A stretch of 64,000 bases of DNA from an uncultured Planctomycetota bacterium (GCA_963849325.1 CAWKHF010000012.1:128001-192000), one strand, 5' to 3'; positions 21,736-32,921 are shown, counted from the first letter of the stretch. Numbers and translations: made by a program. Notes: a model not told the origin generated them from the sequence alone.

Positions 21736-22659
21736 CTACGACCGTCCCGGTTTCGTCTCCTCCGAACCGATCCGCGCCGGGTTGTCCTCAAGTTTTTGCC
21801 GGCGTTCCTTCAGATAGGCGTCCAACGCCTCGCACCACGGCCGCAGCGACGGCAAGCCCAGCTCCCGCAGTCCGGCGGGATCGAGCACGCTGTAAGCCGG
21901 CCGGCGGGCCGCCGCTCCGTAGGCACTGCTGGAGATGGAGGTCAGGTCTGCCTGTACTCCGGTCAGCTCGAAAAGGGCACGGGCGAACTCATACCAGGAG
22001 CAGGCGCCGGCGTTGGTGACGTGATACAGTCCTGTCCGATCGGCCGACAACAAGGCGACGGCCGTCGCGGCCACATCGACAGTGTAGCTCGGTGTGCAAA
22101 CCTGATCGTCCACGACGCGAAGGGGTTTGCCCTCGTTGGCCAGCCGCAGCATCGTCTCCACGAAGTTGCCGCCCTTGCCGCCGCTGCCCCAGACGCCGTA
22201 CAGTCCGCACGTGCGCAGGACCAAATGGCGCGGGCACAGCGAACGCACCAGGTATTCGCCGGTCAACTTGCTGAGTCCGTAGATGCTGACCGGGCCGGGA
22301 GCGTCCCTCTCCGTCCACGGCCGGCGGCGCGTTTGGTCCAGGCCGAAAACGTAATCCGTGCTGAAGTGGACGAGCAGGCAGTCGTGGTCGCGGCACAACC
22401 GCGCCAGCTCACGCACGCCCCAGGCGTTGACGGCGAAGGCTTCGTGCGCTTCCGTCTCGGCGCGATCGACGAAGTTGTAGGCGGCGCAGTTGACAACCAC
22501 ATCCGGGCGGACATTCTCGAACAGACTGGGCAGCGATTCGGGGCGAGTCAGATCGACCGCCGGCGATCCACTGCGGCTGACGGCGACGACTTCGCCGGGC
22601 AGACGCGGACAGAGATCGCGGCCCAGCTGCCCGGCCGCCCCCAGCACGACGAAACGCAT
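21736..22659 (-). CDS. rfbD: dTDP-4-dehydrorhamnose reductase
   Basis: LGAAGQLG, VVNCAAY, HFSTDYVF, YGLSK and VVDDQVCTPSY. Confidence 0.95.
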   Translation of the reverse strand: MRFVVLGAAGQLGRDLCPRLPGEVVAVSRSGSPAVDLTRPESLPSLFENVRPDVVVNCAAYNFVDRAETEAHEAFAVNAWGVRELARLCRDHDCLLVHFSTDYVFGLDQTRRRPWTERDAPGPVSIYGLSKLTGEYLVRSLCPRHLVLRTCGLYGVWGSGGKGGNFVETMLRLANEGKPLRVVDDQVCTPSYTVDVAATAVALLSADRTGLYHVTNAGACSWYEFARALFELTGVQADLTSISSSAYGAAARRPAYSVLDPAGLRELGLPSLRPWCEALDAYLKERRQKLEDNPARIGSEETKPGRS

Positions 22660-22674
22660 GAATCTCCCCTCGAA

Positions 22675-22820
22675 AAAAAAGAAAAAACCACGAATCACAC
22701 GAATCACACGAATAAAGACAAAAGAATAAAGACAGCGTGTCGAAACAGGTTGTTTATTTGTTTTTATTATTATTTGATTTTATTCGTGTGATTCGTGTGA
22801 TTCGTGGTTTTTTCTTTTTT
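22675..22820. repeat. AT-rich inverted repeat with CACGAATCA tandem units, copy 1
   Basis: AACCACGAATCACACGAATCACACGAATAAA...TTTATTCGTGTGATTCGTGTGATTCGTGGTT. Second copy at 48419. Confidence 0.88.
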
Positions 22821-25800
22821 AGCGAGCAGGGCCGTTTAACGTCTTGAGGTACGCATACAGGTCGGCGAGGTCGCGGTCGCTCAGTTTATCGAGCAGGCCC
22901 GCCGGCATCAGCGACGTGCTGGTCAGGCGGCGCTCGCGGACCTGCGGATTGGTCAACCGAATCGTCGTGGCCGGGCCGGTTTGCAAGATGACGCTATCGA
23001 CGGCCTCATAGACGATCAGCCCCTGATAGACCTTGCCCGCCGCCGTCGTGATTTGCGTGGTGCGGTAGCGCGGCGACACGTCCTTGCTCGGCTGCACGAT
23101 GGCGGTGAACAGATCGGCGCGCGAGAATCGTCCGGCCACGCCGCGCAGGTCCGGCCCCAGCGCCTGCGCCCCCGAATGGCACGAAGCGCAGCTCGCCTTG
23201 CTGAAAACGACACGGCCGCGCTCGGCATCGCCGGATGACGAAGTCGAGCGCGGACAGCCGCTTGCTCCAGGCCGCCACGTCCACGCCGTCCGCGTCCTCC
23301 AGCCGTCCCGCGCGCTCCGGATAGGCCCGGCCATACCACGCCAGCCCGGCCGACACGTCCGTCATCTTCCGGCCGGTACGCCGCGTGAGATACGTCAGGA
23401 GACGATCGCGCACCTTGGCCGTCTCTTTTCCGTCCGGCAGCCGTCGCAGCGCCACCAGGACGGCGAGAAACTCGTCGCGGTCGCGGGCCTGGTTCGGTGG
23501 AGGCGGCGGCAGTTTCTCCAGGGCGTCCAGGGCGCCGAGCACAACGTCGAGACGGGCCGAGCCGAGACCGCTGAGAAAGCGATCGCGGTCCTCCTCGCGC
23601 GGTTCGCGGGCCAGCAGGGTCCGAATGGCGTCGTCCACGCCATGCTCACCCCACAACCGCCGCAGCACCGGCGCGATCCGCTCCTGCGGCAGACTGCCCA
23701 GCAAGGCAACGTGTTCGGCGCTCCAGGCGAAATCGGCGTCTTTTTCGCTCTTGTTTAGCAGGATCTCGGCGGCGCGGCGGCGATCGAAGCCGGAGCAGCG
23801 CGTAAACAGGACGTGATCGGGCCGGCCGAAATCGGCGTGGGCAAGCAGCGTCGCGTTGAGGGCGGCATCCTTGCGGGCCAACTCGGCGTGCAGCTCGGCG
23901 ATGCGCAACGGCCAATTCGTGTCGCGGTTCCGATGACGTTGGTTGAGCTTGGCATCGAGGGCCAGGAGTGCGGTTGCCGTCGTCCGAGTGATCGCTTCGA
24001 GCGCGGGCGCGCAGCTGGGCGAGCACGATGAGATAATGAATGTCCTCAATCGGATCGGAGTCGGCTGTCAGCCGGCCGGCGATCTTGTTAAGCGTCGCGG
24101 CATCGTCATCCTCGATCAAGGCAAGGGTGCGCGACAATTCGCGGTCGAGATCAACGTGCCCCGACGGAAACGCGGCGCGCAGAATGGTCCGTCCCTCTGC
24201 TGACATGGCGATGTCATCGCAGCGGCGCGAGTAGCCCTCCCAGACGGTCCCCTTCGCTTTCCTCGCCATCAATCCGCCCAGCGTCAACTGGGCGACGCGC
24301 ACGGCTTCGAGCCGCGCTTCCGGCGCGAGGCTTCGGTCGGTCAGCAGGGCGAGCGCGTCGAAGCTCGGCCGGCTCAGACCGTGGGTGATTTCCGCGAAGG
24401 GATCGCCCTTCGGTCGTCCTGAGCGCGGCTGTTCCTTGGCGTCGAGCGCTGCCAGCAGCGTCGCCGTCGCCTGGCGCAGACCACAATCCGCCTGTCCCCA
24501 ATTGGCGCGAATCGCCTGCCGGATCTGTTCGCTCGTGAAGCGACTTTGATGGCGATGGATCAAGTCCAGGGCGCACCGCCGCTGGCGCAGGTCCGGGCCG
24601 GTCGCCTGCTGGAGCCACGCCCCTTGTGCGTCGGGATGCCACTCCAGCGAGCGCGGCATCGGCTGGAAGCGAGCCGCATCCGCGGCCTTGAGACCCGGCA
24701 AGCCCTTCGGATAACGGATGCGATAGACCGCTCCGCGCGTGCCGCGGCCGCCGATGGACACGTACAGGTCGCCGGTCGCTGGATGGACGGCGGCGGCCGT
24801 CGGTGCGAAGCCGTTGTCACCGACCGACTGCAGGAACACCTCGGGGCGTGCGACATACGAGGAGCCGCGCGGCTCCAGCGGCAGGAAGTACACCCGGCCG
24901 AACGTCCAGTCGCACAGGAACAGGCCATCGCGGTACTTCGGCGGAAACTGGGTGTGCCGGTAGCAGACGACGCCGGTCGGCGAGCCGCGTCCCAGCGTGG
25001 CGACGGGGGCCACCACGTCGAGAAAGTACGGCGGCATCCGCCACGTAACGGCGTGCTGCGGATTCTGCCAGCCGTAATGTCCGCCGGCGACGACGTGATA
25101 GCAGCGCGTCGGCTCGTACCACGGCAGCGATACGCAGCGCTCGTTGTCCGAGTCGAAGGTGAACAGGTCGCCGGCGCTGTTGAAGTCGAAGGCGTAGGCG
25201 TTGCGGAAGCCGTCGGCGACGATCTCGCAATCCTGGAAGTCCGGCGACAGGCGCAGCACGCAGCCGGCGATCGGTTCGCGGATGGGCGAGGTCGGTCAGC
25301 GTGGCGTGTTTCCGACCGATGCCGGCGTTGTTGCCGCACAGCACGTACAGCCAACCGTCCGGCCCGCGCCGGATGGCGTGGGCCGCGTGTTCGCCGCCGG
25401 TCTTGAAGGGATAGACCAACTCGGGCGGACGCAGGCGTCCGTCGCCGCCGGCGTCACGGTAACGGCGCAGGCCGCCATCGCCCATGCAAAAGAGCGTATC
25501 GCCCTCCCAAAACAATCCCATGGCCCCGTCCTTCGGCGCCGCGGCGAAATCCAGCGCCCGGTCGGCCCGGCCGTCGCCGTCGTCATCGACGAGCAGGCGA
25601 ACGTAGCCGCGCCCGGAGACGACGACGCGACCGTGCGGATCGAGCGTCAGGCAGTAGATGTCGTTGGCCAGCGCGCTGTCGGCGAACTCCGTGACCTCGA
25701 ACCCTTGCGGCACGCGCAAGCCGTGCGGCGGCATCTGCGCCGTCGAGGTCGAGCCAAGGCAGACGAGCACAGCGAGGGAGCAGAAAAACGTGCGGCGCAT
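22819..25800 (-). CDS. PVC-type membrane-bound dehydrogenase-like protein with beta-propeller, helical repeats and C-terminal heme c (frameshifted)
   Basis: Signal peptide, VPQGFEV, GFRNAYAFDF, GSPTGV, CASCH, GPDL and SLMPAGL. Confidence 0.88.
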
Positions 25801-25921
25801 GATGGAGATACCGTCGAGAACGTTCGGGTGGGACTGAAGGGATTATGTATCGTGGAGGGCGTCGCCGTCAACCATCTGAGCCGGAAGCGTACGCAAAGGG
25901 ACGGCAATCTTCACCCTCGTC

Positions 25922-25956
25922 CTCCTCGTTCCCAGGCAGAGCTTGGGAACGAGGAG
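25922..25956. repeat. Short hairpin element
   Basis: CTCCTCGTTCCCAGGC-AGA-GCTTGGGAACGAGGAG. Confidence 0.7.
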
Positions 25957-25981
25957 CAGCGGGGTCAATGGTTGTGGTATT

Positions 25982-26146
25982 TTTCGTTAGCCCAGCCCTT
26001 CAGGGCTGGGGAATCGCGGGAAACGACGGGAGGTTCGGGCCTTTAGGCCCTCTGCCGCGCCTACCCGACAAGCCGGAGGGGCTAAAGCCCCAAATCGCCC
26101 TCGCCCTGCCTCCTCTTCCCAGCCCTGAAGGGCTGGGCTAACGAAA
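25982..26146. repeat. REPIN/MITE-like element with self-palindromic terminal inverted repeats
   Basis: TTTCGTTAGCCCAGCCCTTCAGGGCTGGG at the left end and its exact reverse complement at the right end. Confidence 0.82.
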
Positions 26147-26207
26147 CAAACCTGACCCTCCCGCAATTTACGCACGCATCCGGCACGGAAAATCTTCCGG
26201 AGAATGC

Positions 26208-26236
26208 TTGACGGCGCCATCGGAAACGCTTACACT
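26208..26236 (+). promoter_or_regulatory. Sigma-70-type promoter for the DUF1559 gene
   Basis: TTGACG (26208-26213), 17 bp spacer, TACACT (26231-26236). Confidence 0.7.
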
Positions 26237-26414
26237 GACAAGGAAACCGAAGTGCCGAGAGGTGTCGGTGGACCGTGTGCGCAGTGTCCCGACGATCTCG
26301 GATAATTCGCACGGAGTAACGACATAATCTGTCTCCGAGGCATGGTCTGAGGTTTCCAGCATCCTCGCGAGTCCTTCTTTGGCGCTCTCACCTCTTCATC
26401 AAGGAGATCGACTC

Positions 26415-27324
26415 ATGCCGCCGCTCCCTTCTCGAAATCGTGTGCGTGGGGCCTTCACGCTGATCGAGTTGCTCGTCGTCATCGCCATCATCGCCGTGCT
26501 GGTCGGCCTGCTTTTGCCCGCCGTGCAGAAGGTGCGCGAAGCCGCCGCCCGCGCCGAGTGCAGCAACAACTTGAAGCAACTCGGCCTGGGAACCGCAAAA
26601 CCTCGCCGCCTCCTACAAGAACGAACTGCCTCCAGCGTTCGGGGTATACCCGATGCTGAACCTGAATGGCGGCTTGCAAGCGGCGCCTGCCGTTTGGTTG
26701 CTTCCTCAAATCGAACAGCAAAATCTTTACAATGGACTCACGAGCAATGCTGTGTTAGCCAACTTCAATGGGGGCGCGGCGGGCGGCAACACCATCGTCA
26801 TCAAGGTCTTTCAATGCCCGGCTGATGTCTCGATCAAGCTGGACCCGACCAACATCTCGTATGCCGCGAATGCCCAGGTCTTCGGGCAGCCGACTTATAA
26901 TTCACTTGCTGCCCCGCGGTGGCCGTCAAGTTGGCTTCCGTCGGGAGGCAACAAGATACCCACCGACATTCCCGATGGCACTTCCAACACGATTTTCTGG
27001 ACTGAGAGGCTAGCTAACTGCACTGGGACGCCGAATCACTGGGCGGGAGGGGCAAGCAAAGGTGTGCTTGATCCGCAAATACCGCTTGTCGGGATGAGTC
27101 CCATGCCTGGCGCCTCTGCTCCTAACATCATCATACCTCAGTTCAATGTTACCAACAGCAGTCTATGCTTGACCCCTGGAGCACCGTCCAGCAGTCACAC
27201 GGCCGCCATGTTGGCTGCCCTGGGCGATGGAAGTGTGAGAACCATCAACAGCACCATCAGCCCGCTCACCTTCAACCTAGCCATGAACCCCAACGACGGC
27301 TCTCCCATGCAAGCGGACTGGTAA
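26415..27324 (+). CDS. DUF1559 protein with prepilin N-methylation motif and H-X9-DG C-terminus (frameshifted)
   Basis: [53 protein letters not shown] and [14 protein letters not shown]. Confidence 0.95.
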
Positions 27325-27370
27325 GCGTCCGGGTCGTTGCGTCCCATCCGCTGCATGAGCGTATCTCCTC

Positions 27371-27423
27371 GGTGTCCGATCCGTTTTGGCCTCCTCTGCC
27401 GGGCCAGCAACGGATCGGACACC
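27371..27423. terminator. Hairpin after the DUF1559 gene
   Basis: GGTGTCCGATCCGTT...AACGGATCGGACACC, followed by GTTGTTT. Confidence 0.55.
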
Positions 27424-27467
27424 GTTGTTTCCTGGGGAGGTGCCGCATGGCTGACTCACCGCTCCGG

Positions 27468-27476
27468 TGGTACAAT
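27468..27476 (+). promoter_or_regulatory. Extended -10 promoter element
   Basis: TGG-TACAAT about 30 bp upstream of the ATG at 27507, ahead of an AGGAGG RBS. Confidence 0.45.
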
Positions 27477-27506
27477 CTCTGAGAGAAGGCAATAGGAGGG
27501 AGCGTT

Positions 27507-27746
27507 ATGGACCGAGACACGTTTACCGGGACGATGCGGGCGTTTCGGAACCGGACGCCGTTCCGGTCGTTCACGGTAGCGATGGTCAACGGCGATCGAT
27601 TCGAAGTGGACCACCCCGAGGCGTTGGCGCTGCGGGACGGGCTGGCGTTGTTCGCTGCTCCGGGCAACGTGCCGGTGATCTTCGACCCCGAGGGCGTCCG
27701 CAAGGTGATCGGCGACCTGTCGGGTCGCGGGGCCGAGACTTCCTGA
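27507..27746 (+). CDS. Small protein, RxPFRxF...G..F...HP family, paralog 1
   Basis: RTPFRSFTVAMVNGDRFEVDHPE; AGGAGG RBS. Confidence 0.8.
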   Translation: MDRDTFTGTMRAFRNRTPFRSFTVAMVNGDRFEVDHPEALALRDGLALFAAPGNVPVIFDPEGVRKVIGDLSGRGAETS

Positions 27747-27774
27747 GAGAGCGCCGATCGCCGGAGGACGTGCC

Positions 27775-28011
27775 ATGATTCTGACCGTTGAAGCCGTTGA
27801 CGAAAACGGCATCCTCAAACTGATGCAACCTCTGCCGCTGAAGGAACAGGAGAAGGTACGTATCACCATCGTGACCGAGATTACGACGCCCGAGCAGGCC
27901 GTAACCAAGCTGCCCAACTTGGGCTATGATCTCATGGGCTGGACGGGAGACGCCGAGACAGTTGAACGGATCGCCCTGGACCCCGAGTTCCTCCCAGAGG
28001 AAGCTCCATGA
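27775..28011 (+). CDS. DUF104/AF2212-like antitoxin
   Basis: TVEAVDENGILKLMQPLPLKEQEKVRITI fits the (V/I)EA(V/I)YENGVLKP pattern with substitutions; GGAGG RBS. Confidence 0.8.
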   Translation: MILTVEAVDENGILKLMQPLPLKEQEKVRITIVTEITTPEQAVTKLPNLGYDLMGWTGDAETVERIALDPEFLPEEAP

Positions 28012-28030
28012 TCTTCGCCGACCTTCGCAT
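28008..28030 (+). pseudogene. Possible stub of a cognate toxin gene (MIFADL...)
   Basis: ATG overlaps the antitoxin stop (ATGA). The frame runs straight into the antisense of the next gene. Confidence 0.35.
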
Positions 28031-28035
28031 GGTCT

Positions 28036-28287
28036 TCAAGAGGCCGGCGTGGCGGCTGACGGCGGCAGGAATTCGTACTGAACGATGTGGACGATGGCCA
28101 CGCCGATAAAGTCCTCTTCGGCCGACGCATCCGCGCTGGCATCCGGCACACTGATCCGCACCAATCGTCTTGACACGGCGGCGAACTCCGGATGGCGGAT
28201 TTCATGGATGGCGTTGTTGGTCAACACCAGGCGGAACGGACGAAAGGGGCGGCGCTGGAGCAGCTCCTCCAGGTCGTTGGGATGCAT
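28036..28287 (-). CDS. Small protein, RxPFRxF family, paralog 2
   Basis: LLQRRPFRPFRLVLTNNAIHEIRHPE and VAIVHIVQYE; GGAGG RBS. Confidence 0.82.
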   Translation of the reverse strand: MHPNDLEELLQRRPFRPFRLVLTNNAIHEIRHPEFAAVSRRLVRISVPDASADASAEEDFIGVAIVHIVQYEFLPPSAATPAS

Positions 28288-28306
28288 GGGCCTTATCCTC
28301 CCCAAG

Positions 28307-28555
28307 TCATGATGCGGTTTGCTTGGCGGCGGGCAACATCTCGATCCGGAGAATTTGCGGATAATCGACATCCACAAAATGATCCGCAAACCTTTCCGGC
28401 TCCTCCTTGTCGGGGACGCCGATGGCGAGCATGGTTCGGCCGGCGACATTATGGTGTGGATAGACAATATCAAACACCCGGCCATCGCTCAGGTGCAGCC
28501 GGAACGGTTGAAACGGTCGCTGACGCAACAAAGCAAGCAGTTGTTCTTGTGACAT
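28307..28555 (-). CDS. Small protein, RxPFRxF family, paralog 3
   Basis: LLRQRPFQPFRLHLSDGRVFDIVYPH and VDYPQILRIE. Confidence 0.82.
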   Translation of the reverse strand: MSQEQLLALLRQRPFQPFRLHLSDGRVFDIVYPHHNVAGRTMLAIGVPDKEEPERFADHFVDVDYPQILRIEMLPAAKQTAS

Positions 28556-28597
28556 CGATCAATTCTCTCGGGGTTGGTCCTGTTCGGAAATCGAGCG

Positions 28598-28942
28598 TTA
28601 TCCCTCAACCGTTTTTCGGCTTTTCTTTTTCGTCCTCGTAAACCACAGCCCTTCGCCAATGTTCGGACGATGATCCAAAGGCCACTCCGCCTCGATTCGG
28701 GCCACGACCTTCTCCGGGGTTGCCCGCAACGAGCGAAAGCGTCCTTCGGCTGTGGGGTATCCGGCTGTGATTTCGCGCGCGGCCAGTAGCTCGTGCAACA
28801 ATCTCAGGACTTGATCCCGAACCGCCGCCTCATCCCGCTTAGGAAGAGCTTCTTCCACGTCGCGGATTACGGACCATAGGCCGACATGGTCCTCCGCGCA
28901 CTCGGTCAGGATGCTTTGTCTCAATGATTCGAGGGAGGGCAT
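28598..28942 (-). CDS. Hypothetical protein
   Basis: GAGGA RBS; EDHVGLW...ITAGYP...RIEAEW...[10 protein letters not shown]. Confidence 0.65.
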   Translation of the reverse strand: MPSLESLRQSILTECAEDHVGLWSVIRDVEEALPKRDEAAVRDQVLRLLHELLAAREITAGYPTAEGRFRSLRATPEKVVARIEAEWPLDHRPNIGEGLWFTRTKKKSRKTVEG

Positions 28943-29016
28943 GTTCGGTGGTCCTCTGGCAAGGCCGTAAGCCAGTATACCTGGCCTGGCTCCGTCTTTC
29001 GAGACTGACGCTCGTC

Positions 29017-30445
29017 TCACGTCAGAATCGCCTTGACCACGTTGCCATGTACGTCGGTCAAGCCGATAATCGCGGCCGGCATGGCGATAGGTCAGCCTTT
29101 CGTGGTCGAGTCCCATCAGGTGCAAGAGCGTGGCGTGCAGATCGTGGACGTGGACCTTGTTCTCGACGGCGTGCCAGCCGAACTCGTCGGTGGCTCCGTA
29201 GGCGAGGCCGCCCTTGATGCCGGCGCCGGCCAGCCACATGGTAAAGCCGAACGGATGATGTTCGCGGCCGTCGTTGCCCTCGGCGGTCGGCGTGCGGCCG
29301 AACTCGCCGCCCCACACGACGATGGTGTCTTCGAGCAGGCCGCGCGACTTCAGGTCGCGGCAGAAGGCCGGCGATGGGTAGGTCCGTGGCGGCGCAGTTG
29401 GCCGGCAGCTCGGTCTTCAGTCCGCCGTGCTGGTCCCACAGCTGGCAGCTCGAACGCTGCGCCGTCTGCGTGTGATAAACCTGCACGCAGCGCACGCCGC
29501 GCTCGACCAGCCGCCGCGCCAGCAGACATTGTTTGCCGAAAATCTCCGTCGTTTTCTCGTGCAGGCCGTACAGCCGCTTCGTGGCCGGCGTTTCCGACTC
29601 AACGTCGAACGCCTCGGGCGCACGCATCTGCATGCGGAAGGCCAGCTCGAAGGAGGCGATGCGGGCGTTGAGCTGGCTGTCCTCCTGACGCTGCCGGCGG
29701 TGCAGGTCGTTGAGTTGCCGCAAGGTGTCGAGCTGGTCCTTCTGGCGCGGCAGGCTGAAACGAGCGTTCTTCAGGTTGGCGATGGGATTGTTCAGGTCGG
29801 CGACGAGCGTGCCCTGGTAGGCGGCGGGCAGGAAGCTGGAACTCCACAACGGCGCGCCCTGGGCCGGCTGGGCCGGGCTGATGACGACGAAGCCGGGCAG
29901 ACTCTGGTTCTCGCTGCCCAGGCCGTACAGCAGCCACGAGCCGAGGCTGGGCCGCGAGAACGCCTGCTCGCCGGTGTTCATCTGCAGGCAGGCGCCGTTG
30001 TGGTTGATGTTGTCCGCCACCATCGAGCGGATGACGCAGAGGTCATCGATGCAGCGGGCGACGTGCGGGAACAGCTCGCTGACGTCGATGCCGCTCTGGC
30101 CGTGCTTGCGGAACTTGAACGGCGATTTCAGCAGGTTAGTCGTGCGGGTGCGAACGAGCTTGGGCTGCGCGAACGGCAGCGGCTTGCCGTTATCGCGGTC
30201 GAGGGCGGGCTTGGGATCGAAGGTATCGACGTGCGAAGGGCCGCCGGACATGAACAGGAAGATCAGTCGCTTGGCCCTGGCCGGGTAGTGCGGCTGCTTG
30301 ACGGCGAGCGGATTGTCCGCCGCGATCGAATGGCCGCCGGCCTCGTCGGCGAGCAGGCCGGCCAGGCCGAGCATGCCGAAGCCGTTGGCGAAGCGGCCGA
30401 GCATTTGCCGCCGCGTCAGCGTCGAGGAAAAGGTGCGGCCTTCAT
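29017..30445 (-). CDS. DUF1501 protein with Tat-like signal (frameshifted)
   Basis: [53 protein letters not shown] and VHDLHAT. Confidence 0.93.
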
Positions 30446-30521
30446 CGAAATCAGTCCTCTGAGCTTGACTAGCCCGGATGCCAGCGACGGTTCACCCGTC
30501 GCTGTGCTCCGGGCTGGTCAC

Positions 30522-32741
30522 TTAATCGACATAAATGAACTCATTCGCGCATAGCAGGATTTCGCTGATATTCCTGCCACGCCGATTCACCGCCGCCCGC
30601 CCGTTTGAGGAAGTCGCGTCCGATGGTGGCCTCCTCCTCCGTTGGCGGCCGACCATACAGCAAACGATACGCGCGCTCGATCCGTGCGGATTCGTCCTTG
30701 TCTGCGGCGAGGATTCGCTTCGCCAGCGCCTGCGTCTGCTGCCAGCATGAAGGGATGGTTCAGCAGAAACAGCGCCTGCGGCGCGACGGTCGAAATCGTG
30801 CGTTTCTCGACGGGGGCGGTCGGGTCGGCCGTGTCGAACAGCGGGCCGAAGCCGGAGCGGTCGGAGCGGATGGTCGTCAGGTACAGGGTACGGCGCGGGG
30901 CGGCGAAGTCGCGGACGGCGGGACCGCCCGCCGTGCGGTCGAGCCGGCCGGACACGGCCAGCACGCTGTCGCGCAGGGCCTCGGCCTCCAGCCGCCGGCG
31001 GTTCATGCGGCCGAGTAGGAGATTATCCGGATCGCTCTTGAAGGTATCCGGCTCGGAGTCGCTGGCCTGCTGATACGTGGCCGACAGCAGGAGAAGGCGA
31101 TGCATGTGCTTGATCGACCAGTCGGAGCGCACGAAGTCGCTGGCCAGAAAGTCGAGCAATTCGGGGTGGGTCGGCGGTCGGCCGAGCTTGCCGAAGTTGC
31201 TCGGCGTGCGCACGAGGCCCTCGCCGAAATGGTGCTGCCAGATGCGGTTGACCATGACGCGCGCCGTCAGCGGGTGGTCGGGCCGCGTCAGCCAGTGGGC
31301 AAGGTCGAGCCGGCCGCTGCCGTTTGCGATCGGCTTCTGTTGGCGCCCGGCCAGGATCTCGGGGAAGCGTCGCGGCACCAGCTCGCCCAGCCGATCGTAG
31401 CGGCCGCGGATGTGGATGCGTACGTCGTGAGTCCCCGCGTGTGGGCTGCCGGGAACGCCGCCCTCCTGTGCCCCGTTGGCGTAAGGGATCGGCGGGACTG
31501 GCTTCTGTTTGCGGAGTGCTTCGAGCTGCGCCGGCGGCAGCAGCGGGATGCGCAGCATGGGCGGCCCGTTCGTCTTGGGTCCGACGTTCGGCAAGATGTG
31601 GGTGCTGAAAAAAATACCGGCCAGCCCATAATAATCGGCCGTCGATATCGGATCGAACTTGTGATCGTGACAGCGGGCGCAGGCCATCGTCAGCCCCAGG
31701 AAAGTACGGCTAACCACGTCCACCTGATCGTCGGCGATGTCGGTAAGCAGCTTTTCCTTGTCGGCATCGCCGCCGCCCCAGTTACCCAGGGCCAGTAGGC
31801 CCGTGGCGATGATGCCGTCGGCGTTGAGACCCTCCGGCGACGGCACGAGATCGCCGGCGATTTGCAACGTCAGGAACTGATCGTAAGGCAGATCGCGGTT
31901 GAACGCGCGCACCACCCAATCGCGATAGCGCCAGGCGTCGGCGCAATCCATCTCGCCGCCCAGTCCGCGCGCGTCGAACGAATCGGTGTAGCGAACGAGG
32001 TCGAGCCAGTGTCGGCCCCAGCGTTCGCCGTAGGCGGGCGAGGCCAGCAAGCGGTCCACCACGCGGGCGAACGCATCCGGCGCGTCGTCGCGCAGGAACG
32101 CATGTACCTCCTCCGGCGTCGGCGGCAGTCCCGTCAGGTCGAAGGTGGCGCGCCGCAGCAGCGTCCGCTTGTCCGCCGGTTTCGCCGGCCGCAGTCCTTT
32201 CGCCTCCAGGGCGGCGAGGATGAAGCGATCGAGGTCCGACCGCGCCCATGTCGTGTCCCGCACAGATCGGGGGCACAACCGCCTTCATCGGCTGGAAGGA
32301 CCAGAAGCGGCGTTGTTCCTCGGAGATGTGGAACTCGCTTTGCGCGGCGGTCGTTGGGACGGCGGCTCGGGGCCAGGGCAGACCCTGTTGCACCCAGCGA
32401 GTCAGCACGGCGATTTGTCGATCGCTCAGTTTCCGCTTGGGCGGCATTTGTGGCGTAGTGTCGTAGCGGACGGCCTGGATGAGCAAGCTGTCGTCCGGCT
32501 TGCCGGCGACGACGGCCGGGCCGGTGTCGCCGCCCTGCAGCAACGCGGCCCGCGACGTCAGGCGCAGCCCGCCCTTGGGCTTCTTGTCGCCGTGACATTT
32601 CAGGCAGTGTTCGACGAGCAGAGGGCGGACTTCCTTTTCAAAAAACTCCTCGTCCCCGGGAGCATCCGCCCACGCGATTGGTCCCGTCCCCAAGAGGTCG
32701 GCGAGTACGAATACCAGCAAGAAACGTCCGAAACGCGGCAT
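30522..32741 (-). CDS. Planctomycete cytochrome c protein with DUF1549/DUF1553 (PSD1) domains (frameshifted)
   Basis: FFEKEVRPLLVEHCLKCH, WSFQP, DLTGLPPT, YGERWGRHWLD, CARCHDHKFDPI, RVMVNRIWQHHFG and NEFIYVD*. Confidence 0.94.
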
Positions 32742-32921
32742 GAACGACGGTCTCCATTTCACGACCGATGGGCCTGGCCCCGCGCCGGCAGCGCGAAACG
32801 ACGGGCTGGGCCTCGGCCTTCCGCGGAGGGAGGCAGGAGGGCGTGCGGTTGGATCTACTTCTTATCGTATGAGCAAGCGAGCGGATGAAGCAATGAAAAA
32901 GCACGCAAGACAGGGGATCGA

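Noticed and set aside
28955-29015. Further degenerate repeat halves (also near 25878, 58630 and 58797)
   Set aside because: They resemble eroded palindrome arms but are too short or diverged to assign without a genome-wide search.
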